A stretch of 28,672 nucleotides of DNA from Candidatus Flemingiibacterium sp. (GTDB lineage: Bacteria; Bacillota; Clostridia; Oscillospirales; CAG-272), in NCBI GenBank assembly GCA_045586285.1, contig JAZNAB010000164.1:1-28672 (forward strand), read 5' to 3'. Of the stretch, positions 1-10,210 are shown in pieces; within the stretch, counting starts at the first letter, position 1; the number at the start of each line of letters is the position of its first letter. A program made the position numbers and the translations under genes. A model generated the notes under the pieces. That model did no database searches. It was given only the letters and a program-made list of their open reading frames with translations, and was not told where the DNA came from.

Positions 1-550
1 AAACGTCAATAAATGCATTGAGCGCATTTATAATAAGCATAAAGAGAAGTATACCCATAGTACCGATAGCGGCAACAATCTGATTTTCTGTAAGAGCCGA
101 AATGAAAAGACCGATTGCAATAAACGCCGCACCAATGAAAAGAATTCCAACTGAGCAGCTTATAAGAGATGCTGTATTTGGAGTGCCGTAAACGTAAAGT
201 AAAGAAAAATTAATAAGGCTGCCGAAAATAAAAGTTCCGCCGAACATTGTATATGCAGCGAGAAACTTTCCGAAAACCATTCCCATAAGGCTTATGGGCG
301 ACGTCAAAAGCAGTTGTTCTGTACGCAATTTTTTCTCTTCACTGAAGGTTTTCATCGTGAGCATTGGAACGAGAATTATAAATATAAACATAATTATGGA
401 AAAATAAGAGGAAACGCTGCTGTTTACAGTCTGAAGGAGTGTGAAAAAACTAAATAGAAAGGCATTTACCGTCAAAAAAACAGCAATAAAAACGTAACCG
501 ATAGGAGAGGTGAGATAGGCTTTCATCTCACGTTTATATATAGCTAACAT
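1..550 (-). CDS. ABC-2 type transporter permease, GldF-like (runs off the window edge; not in the ORF track)
   Basis: Manual minus-strand translation from ATG 550: MLAIYKREMKAYLTSPIGYVFIAVFLTVNAFLFSFF...MLTMKTFSEEKKLRTEQLLLTSPISLMGMVFGKFLAAY. The start overlaps the upstream ATPase stop (TGATG). Confidence 0.9.
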   Translation of the reverse strand, partial: MLAIYKREMKAYLTSPIGYVFIAVFLTVNAFLFSFFTLLQTVNSSVSSYFSIIMFIFIILVPMLTMKTFSEEKKLRTEQLLLTSPISLMGMVFGKFLAAYTMFGGTFIFGSLINFSLLYVYGTPNTASLISCSVGILFIGAAFIAIGLFISALTENQIVAAIGTMGILLFMLIINALNAFIDV

Positions 551-1581
551 CAGTTTGTTTCCTCCTTACTTGGAATTTCTTTGTTGTCAACAGGTGCTTT
601 TATATCAAATTTCGGCAAATCCTTTGCCTTTTTTTCGGGTTTTCTTGCTTTATCCACAAGCGATATGTATACATCCTCAAGGCTTGTTCCTTGCTGAGTA
701 AGCTCAATCAGAGGCCAACTGTTTTTAGCAAGCATAAAGAATAACGGTTTTCTGATATCAACGCCGGAAGAGCTTTCAATTGCGAAAAGGTAGCTGTCAT
801 TTTCACGTTCACCGATAATTTCCGCACGGATAACCTCTCCGAGATTTTTGATTTCTCTCAGGACTTCTCTTTGCGGGCCGCAAATACGTGCATTATAACG
901 ACGGCTTTCATCAAGAATGTTGTTTAAGCTTTCGGATTTTTCGTCAGCTATAAGCTTTCCTGAATTTATAACAATAATTCTGTCGCAAACAGCCTGAACC
1001 TCCGACAAAATATGGGTTGAAAGAATAACGGTATGGTTTTTGCCGAGCGCTCTTATAAGGGTGCGTATTTCAATTATTTCCTTAGGGTCAAGGCCTACTG
1101 TCGGTTCGTCAAGAATTATTACTTTTGGATTTCCCACAAGAGCTTGTGCAATGCCGACTCTCTGTCTGTATCCTTTTGAAAGGTTTTTAATTAAACGGTT
1201 CTTTTTATAGTCATCAAGAATTTTTACAACTGTGCATATTTCTTCAAGATGCTTTTTTCTGTTAAGCTTACAGCCTTTAAGCTCATACACGAAGTTTAAG
1301 TATTCTTTTATGGTCATATCGAGATAAAGCGGCGGCTGTTCCGGTAAATATCCGATAAGTTTTTTTGCATCTGTAGGATTTTCAAGAATATCATATCCGC
1401 CAACCGAAGCTGTGCCGGAAGTTGAGGACATATATCCTGTAATTACGTTCATAGTTGTGGATTTACCCGCACCGTTAGGGCCGAGGAAGCCGACGATTTC
1501 CCCTTCTCCGATAGAGAAGCTGATATCATCAACAGCATATTTGTTTCCGAAACGTTTAACAAGGTTAGTGACTTGTATCAT
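550..1581 (-). CDS. ABC transporter ATP-binding protein, GldA-like
   Basis: Walker A GPNGAGKS, signature LSKGYRQR, Walker B IILDEPT, H-loop STH; C-terminal extension typical of GldA-like ATPases. Confidence 0.95.
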   Translation of the reverse strand: MIQVTNLVKRFGNKYAVDDISFSIGEGEIVGFLGPNGAGKSTTMNVITGYMSSTSGTASVGGYDILENPTDAKKLIGYLPEQPPLYLDMTIKEYLNFVYELKGCKLNRKKHLEEICTVVKILDDYKKNRLIKNLSKGYRQRVGIAQALVGNPKVIILDEPTVGLDPKEIIEIRTLIRALGKNHTVILSTHILSEVQAVCDRIIVINSGKLIADEKSESLNNILDESRRYNARICGPQREVLREIKNLGEVIRAEIIGERENDSYLFAIESSSGVDIRKPLFFMLAKNSWPLIELTQQGTSLEDVYISLVDKARKPEKKAKDLPKFDIKAPVDNKEIPSKEETN

Positions 1582-1658
1582 AATAATCTCCGTTCTGCCT
1601 GCGCAAAGGCGGCATAAAATTCAAATTGGGAGTAATACCTTACAAAAATATCAATAAC

Positions 1659-1693
1659 AGTATAACACACTTTTTTGAACATACTTTGAACAT
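1659..1693 (-). promoter_or_regulatory. Extended -10 promoter (TGTTATACT) with tandem TGTTCAAA direct repeats in place of a -35
   Basis: Minus TATACT at 1664-1659 preceded by TGT; plus TTTGAACAT at 1674-1682 and 1685-1693 (11-bp period). Confidence 0.5.
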
Positions 1694-1713
1694 TTTACAT
1701 CTATATAAAAATA

Positions 1714-1736
1714 ACGCAAAAGATTTACTTTTGCGT
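1714..1736 (-). terminator. Intrinsic terminator of the rbfA-pgeF operon
   Basis: 9-bp stem ACGCAAAAG/CTTTTGCGT, 5-nt loop, followed on the minus strand by TATTTTT. Confidence 0.7.
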
Positions 1737-1766
1737 CACTTATATTACATTTTCATCACATATCAG

Positions 1767-2567
1767 TCACATAGAAATAATTGACAGCATAGTACCCCTT
1801 AGCCCTTTTGAATATCTGTGAGAATAAAAAAGTCTGGGATTACAGCAGGTACAGTAACTGCAAACGTCAATGTTATCTTGCCTGATACCGACTTCTTTTA
1901 AAAAGTCTATGTTCATACCGACAATATCAGCAAAAAAATTCCCGTCCTTTTTAAAAATAAAGCGGTCTGCAAAGCTAGTCCCCGCAATTTCCGAAACCGA
2001 TTCTATAAAGTCCTCTTTTACTTCAAAACAACAACTGTGAATTGAAGGCCCGATGGCGATCTTAATATCTGATTTACAAGCGCCAAGCTTTTCCATTTCG
2101 GCAACGCATTTTGCGGCTATGCCAAAAACAGTGCCTCTCCAGCCGGCGTGAGCTGCGCCTACGATTCCAGCAGTATTATCGGCAAACAAAATCGGTACGC
2201 AATCGGCGGTTTTGACGCCGAGTGTTATGCCCTTTTTGCCTGTAACATATCCGTCTGCAAAGTTTTCGCTTTTTACAAAATACCCTCTGCCGCACATTTG
2301 CTCAGATACTTCTAAAACCTTATCGCTGTGGACTTGCTTTAAACTGATGACGCTCTCCGGACAAACGCCTGCTGCCTCACAGAAAAGTGAAAGATTGTGA
2401 AGCACAGTCTTGTCGCTGTCCCCTCTGTCAAAAGCTAGGTTTAAAGAGGCAGTATGATTTGTTTCGAAATCTCCGCCTATACGTGTTGAAAAACCGTGGT
2501 TAAAGGGGATTTTATCTGATTTTAGAAAATTAACGCCGTTTTTTGCCCTTATTATTTCAAATGACAT
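1767..2567 (-). CDS. pgeF: PgeF/YfiH-family (laccase-domain) purine nucleoside phosphorylase / peptidoglycan editing factor
   Basis: HGFSTRIGG, SLNL, QVHS, DG, TADCVPILF, AAHAGWRG, IGPSI, CTCC..FYSHR motifs. Confidence 0.92.
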   Translation of the reverse strand: MSFEIIRAKNGVNFLKSDKIPFNHGFSTRIGGDFETNHTASLNLAFDRGDSDKTVLHNLSLFCEAAGVCPESVISLKQVHSDKVLEVSEQMCGRGYFVKSENFADGYVTGKKGITLGVKTADCVPILFADNTAGIVGAAHAGWRGTVFGIAAKCVAEMEKLGACKSDIKIAIGPSIHSCCFEVKEDFIESVSEIAGTSFADRFIFKKDGNFFADIVGMNIDFLKEVGIRQDNIDVCSYCTCCNPRLFYSHRYSKGLRGTMLSIISM

Positions 2568-2585
2568 TAAAACTCCTTTAAATTC

Positions 2586-3488
2586 TCATAATACGAATAG
2601 TTTAATTGCCTTAATAGCACTTCCGCCGGGAAAATCCATAACCTTTCCGAGCCCGAAAAAGCCGTCTGCGCCGTGGAGATTTACAATTTCACCAGTACTG
2701 AAGCTTGTTTCAATTTTCTTTTGATATATTTCATTTCCGCTTCTTGAGAGTTTTTCGAAAAATGGCGGAAGCTTTACTGTGGGAAGGTCCGAAAACAAAT
2801 CCTCGACAGGTTTTAGCAGATTAATGCGATTTTCTAAAGAAAGTGCTTCAAGCTCCTCGAAGCTTACGGCATCTGAAAGACGGAAATTCCCGCTTTCAAT
2901 TCTCGTAAGAGAGCTCATTGCACCCCCGCAGCCCAGCTTTGCGCCGATGTCAGCACAAAGCGTACGGATATATGTTCCCTTTGAGCAATGCACGTCAATA
3001 ATGTAGTCAGTATTGGTCTGTCCTTTGCTTACCTCAATCTCGTAAACTGAGATTTTTCTTGCTTGTCTTTCAACAGTAATTCCACGTCTTGCAAGGTCTA
3101 CAAGCTTTTGCCCGTTTACTTTCAGCGCACTGTACATTGGGGGAATTTGGTTAATTTCTCCAACAAATTCACGGCACACTGAAATAACCTCATCATAGCT
3201 TGGAATTTTGTCAGAGGTTGTTAAAACAGTTCCGGTTGTGTCCTCGGTATCGGTTGTTAACCCGAGCTTTAAGCCGGCTCTGTATCTTTTGTTGTCACTG
3301 ATAAGTAAGTCTGCCGCCTTTGCGGCTCTTCCGACAAGAACAGGCAAAACTCCCGTTGCCATAGGGTCAAGTGTGCCTGTATGACCGACTTTTTTTGTCA
3401 TAAAAAGCTTTCGCACTTTATAAACACAGTCGTGAGATGTAATTCCTGCTGGCTTGTTTATTAAGATAACTCCCGATGGCTCTGACAT
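2586..3488 (-). CDS. truB: tRNA pseudouridine(55) synthase TruB
   Basis: INKPAGITSHD, KVGHTGTLDPMATGVL, QIPPMYSALK, CSKGTYIRTL. Confidence 0.98.
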   Translation of the reverse strand: MSEPSGVILINKPAGITSHDCVYKVRKLFMTKKVGHTGTLDPMATGVLPVLVGRAAKAADLLISDNKRYRAGLKLGLTTDTEDTTGTVLTTSDKIPSYDEVISVCREFVGEINQIPPMYSALKVNGQKLVDLARRGITVERQARKISVYEIEVSKGQTNTDYIIDVHCSKGTYIRTLCADIGAKLGCGGAMSSLTRIESGNFRLSDAVSFEELEALSLENRINLLKPVEDLFSDLPTVKLPPFFEKLSRSGNEIYQKKIETSFSTGEIVNLHGADGFFGLGKVMDFPGGSAIKAIKLFVL

Positions 3489-3511
3489 AGTATAATTCCT
3501 TTCCCTTACTG

Positions 3512-4549
3512 TCAGTCTATATTGTCAAAAGCGTGAGCTTTATCGAGCTCTTTCAGCTCTTTTTCGATTTGGTCAATGAGAAGCTTTTCGGCTTCAAACT
3601 CATCTTTTGCATTTATTGTAGCTCCACTTGCACGTTTGTGACCGCCGCCGCCGAATACACCGCAAATTTTCGACACGTCAACTACTCGGTTAGAACGAAG
3701 TGAGATTTTAAAAAGCGTTAAGTCCTCGTCATTTTGCTTAATTGACACTCCGATTTCAACACCCTCTATTGAACGGGTGAGGTTTATTATATCATCGATA
3801 TCCTCTCTTGTCAGATTTTCACTTTTCATCATCTCGTTTGTGAAGTTTATTACGGCAATTCTGTTGTTATCATAAAAATGAAGATTGTTAAGGGCAACCT
3901 TATTTGCCATAACCTGCGAAATCGGGTGAGAATCATAGAGCCGTCTTGCGATTTCTGCGTGGTTTATTCCGGTTGAAAGTAACTTTGCTGCTCGGCGATG
4001 TGTATGTTCCGTAACACTGTCAAACTTGAAGCTTCCCGTATCCGAGCAAATTGCGGCATATAGTGCCGAAGCTGCCTTTTCTGTAAGGCATATTCCCCGA
4101 CGTACTTCAAATTCCTCATATATGTCCGCCATAATCTCGCCCATAGCACCGACGTTGCCGACATATGTCTTTTTTGCAAAGGGAGTACCTGATGCGTGAT
4201 GGTCAAGAGCAAGGTCGGTATCTTTTGCATATTTTTCTTCAAGCTCACCAAGAAGTTTTGAAGCAGAAACGTCAACGGATACTATAAATTCGGGGATAAA
4301 ATCAGACGGCAAATCCGAGAGGGTTATACTCTCCTTGCCGTATAAAAATTGCAGTCTTTTCGGGATTGTGGAGTCGCTGTTTACAATATATGCTTTTTTG
4401 TCGAGAGCAGTCAAAAGCTCCGAAAGTGCAAGGGCGCTTCCGAGCGTGTCTGCATCAGGCCGCATATGCGTTAAAATCAGTACGTTTTGTGCGCCCTCAA
4501 GCGCATTGCAGACTTCACTGAATGTTATATTTGAAAGTTCATTAATCAT
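3512..4549 (-). CDS. nrnA: DHH/DHHA1 phosphoesterase, bifunctional oligoribonuclease/pAp phosphatase NrnA
   Basis: HMRPDADT, DHH, DTGSF, GGGGH motifs; canonical position between rbfA and truB. Start trimmed to ATG 4549 (MINELS), overlapping the rbfA end. Confidence 0.9.
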   Translation of the reverse strand: MINELSNITFSEVCNALEGAQNVLILTHMRPDADTLGSALALSELLTALDKKAYIVNSDSTIPKRLQFLYGKESITLSDLPSDFIPEFIVSVDVSASKLLGELEEKYAKDTDLALDHHASGTPFAKKTYVGNVGAMGEIMADIYEEFEVRRGICLTEKAASALYAAICSDTGSFKFDSVTEHTHRRAAKLLSTGINHAEIARRLYDSHPISQVMANKVALNNLHFYDNNRIAVINFTNEMMKSENLTREDIDDIINLTRSIEGVEIGVSIKQNDEDLTLFKISLRSNRVVDVSKICGVFGGGGHKRASGATINAKDEFEAEKLLIDQIEKELKELDKAHAFDNID

Positions 4550-4913
4550 CTGACTCTTCCTCTGTTGAAATATCGGTAATTTCGATTTTTCCAAGAAGCT
4601 CATTTATGTGAGCACCATATTCAATAGAATCGTCAGGAACAAACATAAGCTCAGGGGTTATACGGAAATTGAGCATTTCCGCAAGACGTTTCCTGATATA
4701 TCCCGATGCGCCGACAAGTCCTTTTTTAACTGTACTCTTGTCGCCGCCCATAACCGAAAAATAAACTTTTGCAAACTTGAGGTCGGGTGTTACGTCAGCT
4801 GCGGTAATACTAACAAAAGCATCGCTTACACGGGGGTCTTTTACCTCTCTCAAAATTTCGCAAAGAGCCTTTGCGGTTTCTTCGTTAATTCTTCCTCGTC
4901 TGTATTTAGCCAT
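4542..4913 (-). CDS. rbfA: 30S ribosome-binding factor RbfA
   Basis: MAKYRRGRINEE...VKDPRV...VTPDLKFAKVY...GYIRKRLA...RITPELMFVPDDSIEYG; start trimmed to ATG 4913. Confidence 0.97.
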   Translation of the reverse strand: MAKYRRGRINEETAKALCEILREVKDPRVSDAFVSITAADVTPDLKFAKVYFSVMGGDKSTVKKGLVGASGYIRKRLAEMLNFRITPELMFVPDDSIEYGAHINELLGKIEITDISTEEESDD

Positions 4914-4971
4914 AATTGTGTCCGTTCCTTTCCACAAAACCGGTTTAAAAAAATCAAACTTATATATTTAT

Positions 4972-5000
4972 ATTCTATCATATTTCGGGTTAAATATAAA
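4972..5000 (-). promoter_or_regulatory. Putative sigma-A promoter of rbfA
   Basis: TTTATA-17-TAGAAT with an extended TG. Confidence 0.5.
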
Positions 5001-5048
5001 GAGCCTTTTGTAAATTTATTTATTTAAAGAGAAAATTTTTGTAAACTG

Positions 5049-5077
5049 TTGAAATTTCGGTCAATTCGTGATATCAT
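5049..5077 (+). promoter_or_regulatory. Putative sigma-A promoter of the hydratase operon
   Basis: TTGAAA-17-TATCAT with an extended TG. Confidence 0.55.
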
Positions 5078-5123
5078 ATAAAATGTAATATTATGCGATT
5101 TTCAAAAAGAAAGGACACAGAAA

Positions 5124-7412
5124 ATGGTAGAACTTATCAGAAACGGTGTGTATCTCGTAAATGGGAATAAAATTGTCGAGGACAGCGCAAACGCCAAAGA
5201 GCAGTTAAAAGCTCTCGGTGTTGAAAACACATCAGCACAAACGGCTAAAAAAGGCACAATTGCCTATGGAATTCTTTCGGCACACAATACCGAAAAGAGT
5301 GAAAATGAACTAAGATTAAAATTTGATGCGATGGCATCTCACGATATTACATACGTTGGTATTATTCAAACTGCACGTGCAAGCGGACTTGAAAAATTCC
5401 CTGTGCCGTACGTTCTTACAAACTGCCATAACAGCCTTTGCGCTGTAGGCGGCACTATCAACGAAGACGACCACGTTTTTGGCTTGTCGGCTGCCCGTAA
5501 ATACGGTGGAATATACGTTCCCGCACATATTGCTGTTATCCACTCTTATATGAGAGAAATGATGAGCGGCTGCGGAAAAATGATTCTCGGTTCAGACAGT
5601 CATACCCGTTACGGCGCACTCGGCACTATGGCAATCGGTGAGGGCGGTCCTGAGCTTGTAAAGCAGCTTCTTTCCCGTACATATGATATTAAGCGCCCCG
5701 AAGTTGTAATGGTATATCTGACAGGAAATGTCAAGAAGGGTGTTGGACCGCAGGACGTTGCTCTTGCAATTATCGGAGCGGTGTTTAAAGATGGATTTGT
5801 TAAAAACAAAGTGCTTGAATTTGTTGGTGACGGCATTGAAAATCTGCCTATTGAATTCAGAAACGGCATTGACGTTATGACAACCGAAACCACTTGTCTT
5901 TCTTCGGTTTGGGTTACTGATGACGAAACAAAGCGCTATTTTGACCGTCACGGACGTCCCGACGCATACAAAAAACTTGCTCCGTCAAGTGTAGCTTACT
6001 ATGACGGTGCAGTAGTTGTTGACTTGTCAAAGGTTGAACCTATGATTGCTCTTCCGTTCCATCCAAGCAATACATTTACCGTAAGAACGCTCATAGACAA
6101 TGCTTCGGACATTTTAAGAGATGTTGAAAAGAGCGTGGCGGAACAGCTTGATAACCCAAATATTTCACTTAAGTTGACGGATAAAATTGCAAAAGAGGGT
6201 ATCAGAGTTGACCAAGGCGTTATAGCAGGCTGTGCAGGTGGTACATTCGACAATCTGGTTGCTGCTGCGGATATTCTTTCCGGATATTCAACCGGCGACG
6301 GTGCATTCAGCTTGTCCGCTTACCCTGCAAGTCAACCTGCATATATTGAGCTTGTAAGAAACGGCTCTGCCGCAAAGCTTATGGAAGCCGGCGTTACACT
6401 CAGAACAGCATTCTGCGGTCCTTGCTTCGGTGCGGGAGATGTACCTGCAAACGGCGGACTTTCTATTCGCCACTCTACAAGAAACTTCCCAAATAGAGAG
6501 GGCTCAAAGCCAAGCAATAATCAGATTGCCGCAGTAGCACTTATGGACGCACGTTCAATTGCCGCAACTGCAAGAAACGGCGGAATTCTTACTCCTGCTA
6601 CTGAAATTGACGTTGATTACACAACTCCAGAATATAATTTTGACAATACGGTTTATAATCACAGAGTGTATAACGGATTTGGAAAAGCAGATCCGCAGGA
6701 GCAGCTTAAAATTGGCCCGAATATTGCAGACTGGCCTGTAATGTCACCGCTTGCAGATGATATGCTTCTTGGAGTTGCATCTGTAATAACCGATGATGTA
6801 ACAACAACAGATGAACTTATCCCGTCGGGTGAAACTTCTTCTTACCGTTCAAATCCCCTGAAGCTTTCCGAATTTGCTCTTTCAAGAAAAGATCCGCAGT
6901 ATGTAGGTCGTGCAAAGGAAATTCAGAAATTTGAAAAGGCCCGTGTTAACGGAGAAGATACAACTAAGGGGGATCTTGCAGACGTATTTGCGAAAATTAA
7001 AGAGATTAATCCTGCAATTTGTCCAAAGAACGTTGGTATTGGAAGCGTAGTTTATGCAAACAAGCCGGGTGACGGTTCTGCTCGTGAGCAGGCTGCTTCT
7101 TGCCAGAAGGTGCTTGGCGGTGCGGCAAATATTGCCATTGAATATGCAACAAAAAGATACAGAAGCAATCTCATCAACTGGGGTATGTTGCCGTTCCTTT
7201 ACGACAATGCGGATTTTACAGTCGGCGATTATATTTACGTTCCGAATATTAAATCTGCAATTGAGAACTCTAAATATACCTTTGATGCATATGTAATAAA
7301 GGCTGACGGAACTGTAAAGGATATTACTCTCAGAATGGGTGAGCTTACCGATGATGAGCGCACAATTATCCTTTGCGGCTGCCTTATTAATTACTATAAG
7401 GCAGGTAACTGA
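5124..7412 (+). CDS. ybhJ: YbhJ-type aconitase-family [4Fe-4S] hydratase
   Basis: [81 protein letters not shown]. Confidence 0.85.
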   Translation: MVELIRNGVYLVNGNKIVEDSANAKEQLKALGVENTSAQTAKKGTIAYGILSAHNTEKSENELRLKFDAMASHDITYVGIIQTARASGLEKFPVPYVLTNCHNSLCAVGGTINEDDHVFGLSAARKYGGIYVPAHIAVIHSYMREMMSGCGKMILGSDSHTRYGALGTMAIGEGGPELVKQLLSRTYDIKRPEVVMVYLTGNVKKGVGPQDVALAIIGAVFKDGFVKNKVLEFVGDGIENLPIEFRNGIDVMTTETTCLSSVWVTDDETKRYFDRHGRPDAYKKLAPSSVAYYDGAVVVDLSKVEPMIALPFHPSNTFTVRTLIDNASDILRDVEKSVAEQLDNPNISLKLTDKIAKEGIRVDQGVIAGCAGGTFDNLVAAADILSGYSTGDGAFSLSAYPASQPAYIELVRNGSAAKLMEAGVTLRTAFCGPCFGAGDVPANGGLSIRHSTRNFPNREGSKPSNNQIAAVALMDARSIAATARNGGILTPATEIDVDYTTPEYNFDNTVYNHRVYNGFGKADPQEQLKIGPNIADWPVMSPLADDMLLGVASVITDDVTTTDELIPSGETSSYRSNPLKLSEFALSRKDPQYVGRAKEIQKFEKARVNGEDTTKGDLADVFAKIKEINPAICPKNVGIGSVVYANKPGDGSAREQAASCQKVLGGAANIAIEYATKRYRSNLINWGMLPFLYDNADFTVGDYIYVPNIKSAIENSKYTFDAYVIKADGTVKDITLRMGELTDDERTIILCGCLINYYKAGN

Positions 7413-7458
7413 TAATATTTAACAGAAAGGCGGCTTCTTGGTAAGTCGGATTTAGAAA

Positions 7459-9138
7459 ATGAAATTTAAGGATATGCCTTACGAGCGAATAGACCTTGAA
7501 GACCTTGGTAAAAAGCTTGATGCTCTTGCAAAAAGAGTAGAGAATGCAAAAAATGCCGATGAAGTTATCAAGGCGGTTAAAGAACAGGAAAAATTAAGTA
7601 TTCACGCACAAACTATGGTTTCTCTTGTTCACGTTCGGAATTCAATTGACACCCGTGACGAATTTTATTGTAAGGAAAAAGAGTTTTACGATACAAATTT
7701 GCCTAAATTTGAGGAACACGCACAGAATTTTGCAATGGCGATTTTTAACTCCCCTTTCCGAAAAGAGATTTCAGAGGTTGTGGGCGAGCTTATGTTTGTA
7801 AACCTTGAGATGTCACTTAAGACATTCTCCCCCACGGTTATTGACCTTTTGGGACGTGAAAACAAGCTTGTTTCGGATTATCAAAAGCTTATCGCTTCCG
7901 CAAAAATTGATTTTGACGGCAAAAAGCTTAATATTTCACAGCTTGGAGCATATAAGGAAAATGCGGACAGAGATGTCCGCCACAGAGCTTATAAGGCGGA
8001 GAGTGCTTTCTATATGTCACACGCTAAAGAACTTGACGATATATTTGACGAGCTTGTGAAAATCAGGACTGAAATTGCTCATAAACTTGGCTTCAAGAGC
8101 TTTACGGAACTTGCATATATGCGCCGCACACGAAACTGCTATAATCCCGAAATGGTAGCAAACTTTCGCAGACAGGTTGTGCTTGACCTCGTGCCGATAG
8201 TAAAGGAGCTTAAAGCACGTCAGGCAGAAAGAATAGGTATTCCCGTAAGCGAAATGCGCATATACGATGACCCCTTTGGCTTTAAGGAGGGAAACCCTAA
8301 GCCTTGTGGTACTGCCGAAGATATTATGGCGGCAGGAAAGCGTATGTATGAAGAAATGTCACGGGAAACAGGCGAGTTTATCAATTTTATGTATGATAAT
8401 GAGCTTCTTGATCTTATTGCAAAAGAGGGGAAAGCTGTTGGCGGGTATTGTACGGAATTCCCAGAATACAAAGCGCCGTTTATTTTCTCAAACTTTAACG
8501 GAACAAGCGGAGATGTTGATGTTTTGACACACGAGGCGGGACACGCCTTTGCGGCTTATACTACAAGAGATTTTGAGTTTATGGATATGGCTCAGCCTAC
8601 TATGGAATCCTGCGAATGTCACTCTATGTCAATGGAATTTTTCGCTTGGAAATGGCTTGACCTTTTCTACGGCGATGATGTCGAAAGGGCAAAGTATATG
8701 CACCTTGAAGCAGCTCTTGTTTTTATTCCTTACGGTTGTATGGTTGACCACTTCCAGCATATAGTTTATGATAATCCGGAAATGACACCGGAAGAACGGA
8801 ACGAGGCTTGGCTGAAGCTTGAAGCTGAATACCGCCCGTATATGAACTTCGGCGATGTTGAATTTTACCGTGATGGAAGGGGTTGGCAGCGTCAGCTTCA
8901 CATTTACCATTATCCTTTCTACTATATTGATTATTGTCTAGCACAGACAGTATCTCTTGAATTTTGGAGCTTGTCCCGAAAGGATTACCGGAATGCTTGG
9001 GAGCGCTACTATAAATTTGTCTGCGAGGGAGGCAAAAAGACTTTTGTTGGCCTCTGTGAAACTGCGGATATTATCGTTCCTTTTGAAGACGGAGCGCTTA
9101 AGAGCATATCGGAAACTGCTTTAGAATATTTGAAATGA
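7459..9138 (+). CDS. M3 family oligoendopeptidase (PepF-related)
   Basis: HEXXH (THEAGH), ESCECHSMSME, WQRQLHIYHYPFYYIDY. Confidence 0.93.
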   Translation: MKFKDMPYERIDLEDLGKKLDALAKRVENAKNADEVIKAVKEQEKLSIHAQTMVSLVHVRNSIDTRDEFYCKEKEFYDTNLPKFEEHAQNFAMAIFNSPFRKEISEVVGELMFVNLEMSLKTFSPTVIDLLGRENKLVSDYQKLIASAKIDFDGKKLNISQLGAYKENADRDVRHRAYKAESAFYMSHAKELDDIFDELVKIRTEIAHKLGFKSFTELAYMRRTRNCYNPEMVANFRRQVVLDLVPIVKELKARQAERIGIPVSEMRIYDDPFGFKEGNPKPCGTAEDIMAAGKRMYEEMSRETGEFINFMYDNELLDLIAKEGKAVGGYCTEFPEYKAPFIFSNFNGTSGDVDVLTHEAGHAFAAYTTRDFEFMDMAQPTMESCECHSMSMEFFAWKWLDLFYGDDVERAKYMHLEAALVFIPYGCMVDHFQHIVYDNPEMTPEERNEAWLKLEAEYRPYMNFGDVEFYRDGRGWQRQLHIYHYPFYYIDYCLAQTVSLEFWSLSRKDYRNAWERYYKFVCEGGKKTFVGLCETADIIVPFEDGALKSISETALEYLK

Positions 9139-9176
9139 TTCAAAATTCATAAAGACATATATTTTGGAGGGAGATT

Positions 9177-10085
9177 ATGTTTATTGACATTCATGCCCAC
9201 GCATACCGATTAAAACCTGCGTTTATGCCGAATTTTTGTCAGCCGACGGAGCTTTTGAAAAAATATGATGAGCTTGGAATAGAAAAGGGCGTTCTTCTAC
9301 CAATCGTAAACCCTGAGGTTTATGAGCCTCAGGCAAACGAGGATATTATAGAAATGGCGGAGATGTATCCCGATAGATTTATCCCCTTTTGCAATATCGA
9401 CCCGAGAATAGTATCAAATGATCCGAAATCGCCTATTGACTATCTTTTGGAGCGTTACAAGAACCGTGGCTGCAGGGGTATTGGCGAAGTTATGCCTAAA
9501 ATGGATTTCCTTGATCCTATGCTTCAGAATTTATTTGAATCAGCAGAAAGAGTCGGACTTCCCGTGACATTTGATGCACAGCCCTCAAAAACACAGGGCT
9601 TCGGCCTTTACGATGATCCCGGACTTCCCGGACTTGAAACAACTCTTATGCGTTTCCCAAATCTGATTATATTCGGTCACGGCCCAATGTTCTGGTCGGA
9701 GATAGGCAAGCTCGATACGCTTGGCGCAAGGGGATTTGTACAGTATATTAAAGACGACAAGGTTTTCACAGCAGGCTATGTGCCCACAGGGCCTATCAAG
9801 GAAGAAGGAACTGTACCGAAGCTGTTCAGACGTTACCCAAATTTGCTTGGAGATCTTTCGGATTTTACAGCGGCAAATGCAATTTCCCGAGATCCTGACT
9901 ACGCCTCGGCATTCCTGACTGAGTTCCAGGACAGACTTTTCTTTGGTACAGACATAATAAGTCCAAAAATGGAAGTGCCGCAGGTTGATATTCTCCTTGA
10001 TTACAGAAAGAAAGGTGTAATCAGCGAGGAGGTATTCCAAAAAATTGCAAGAGAAAATGCCATTAAATTCTTTGGCCTTGAATAA
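9177..10085 (+). CDS. Amidohydrolase-family TIM-barrel metallohydrolase
   Basis: N-terminal IDIHAH, GIGE, IFGHG, FFGTD, C-terminal ENAIKFF. Confidence 0.85.
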   Translation: MFIDIHAHAYRLKPAFMPNFCQPTELLKKYDELGIEKGVLLPIVNPEVYEPQANEDIIEMAEMYPDRFIPFCNIDPRIVSNDPKSPIDYLLERYKNRGCRGIGEVMPKMDFLDPMLQNLFESAERVGLPVTFDAQPSKTQGFGLYDDPGLPGLETTLMRFPNLIIFGHGPMFWSEIGKLDTLGARGFVQYIKDDKVFTAGYVPTGPIKEEGTVPKLFRRYPNLLGDLSDFTAANAISRDPDYASAFLTEFQDRLFFGTDIISPKMEVPQVDILLDYRKKGVISEEVFQKIARENAIKFFGLE

Positions 10086-10094
10086 AATCAAATT

Positions 10095-10122
10095 AAAGCC
10101 GACGTTTAAATGTCGGCTTTTT
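10095..10122 (+). terminator. Intrinsic terminator after the amidohydrolase
   Basis: Stem AAAGCCGAC/GTCGGCTTT followed by a T-tract. Confidence 0.8.
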
Positions 10123-10146
10123 ATTTTTCTAGGATAATGCTGCATA

Positions 10147-10175
10147 TTGACATTATCTTTAATTTATGCTACAAT
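10147..10175 (+). promoter_or_regulatory. Near-consensus sigma-A promoter of the TerB/ATPase/helicase operon
   Basis: TTGACA-17-TACAAT with an extended TG. Confidence 0.75.
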
Positions 10176-10210
10176 AAAATGATACGATAATGTAAAATGG
10201 GGGGAAGATT

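Noticed and set aside
9585-10145. 186-aa minus-strand ORF
   Set aside because: Antisense to the amidohydrolase and runs through its terminator; no recognisable motifs
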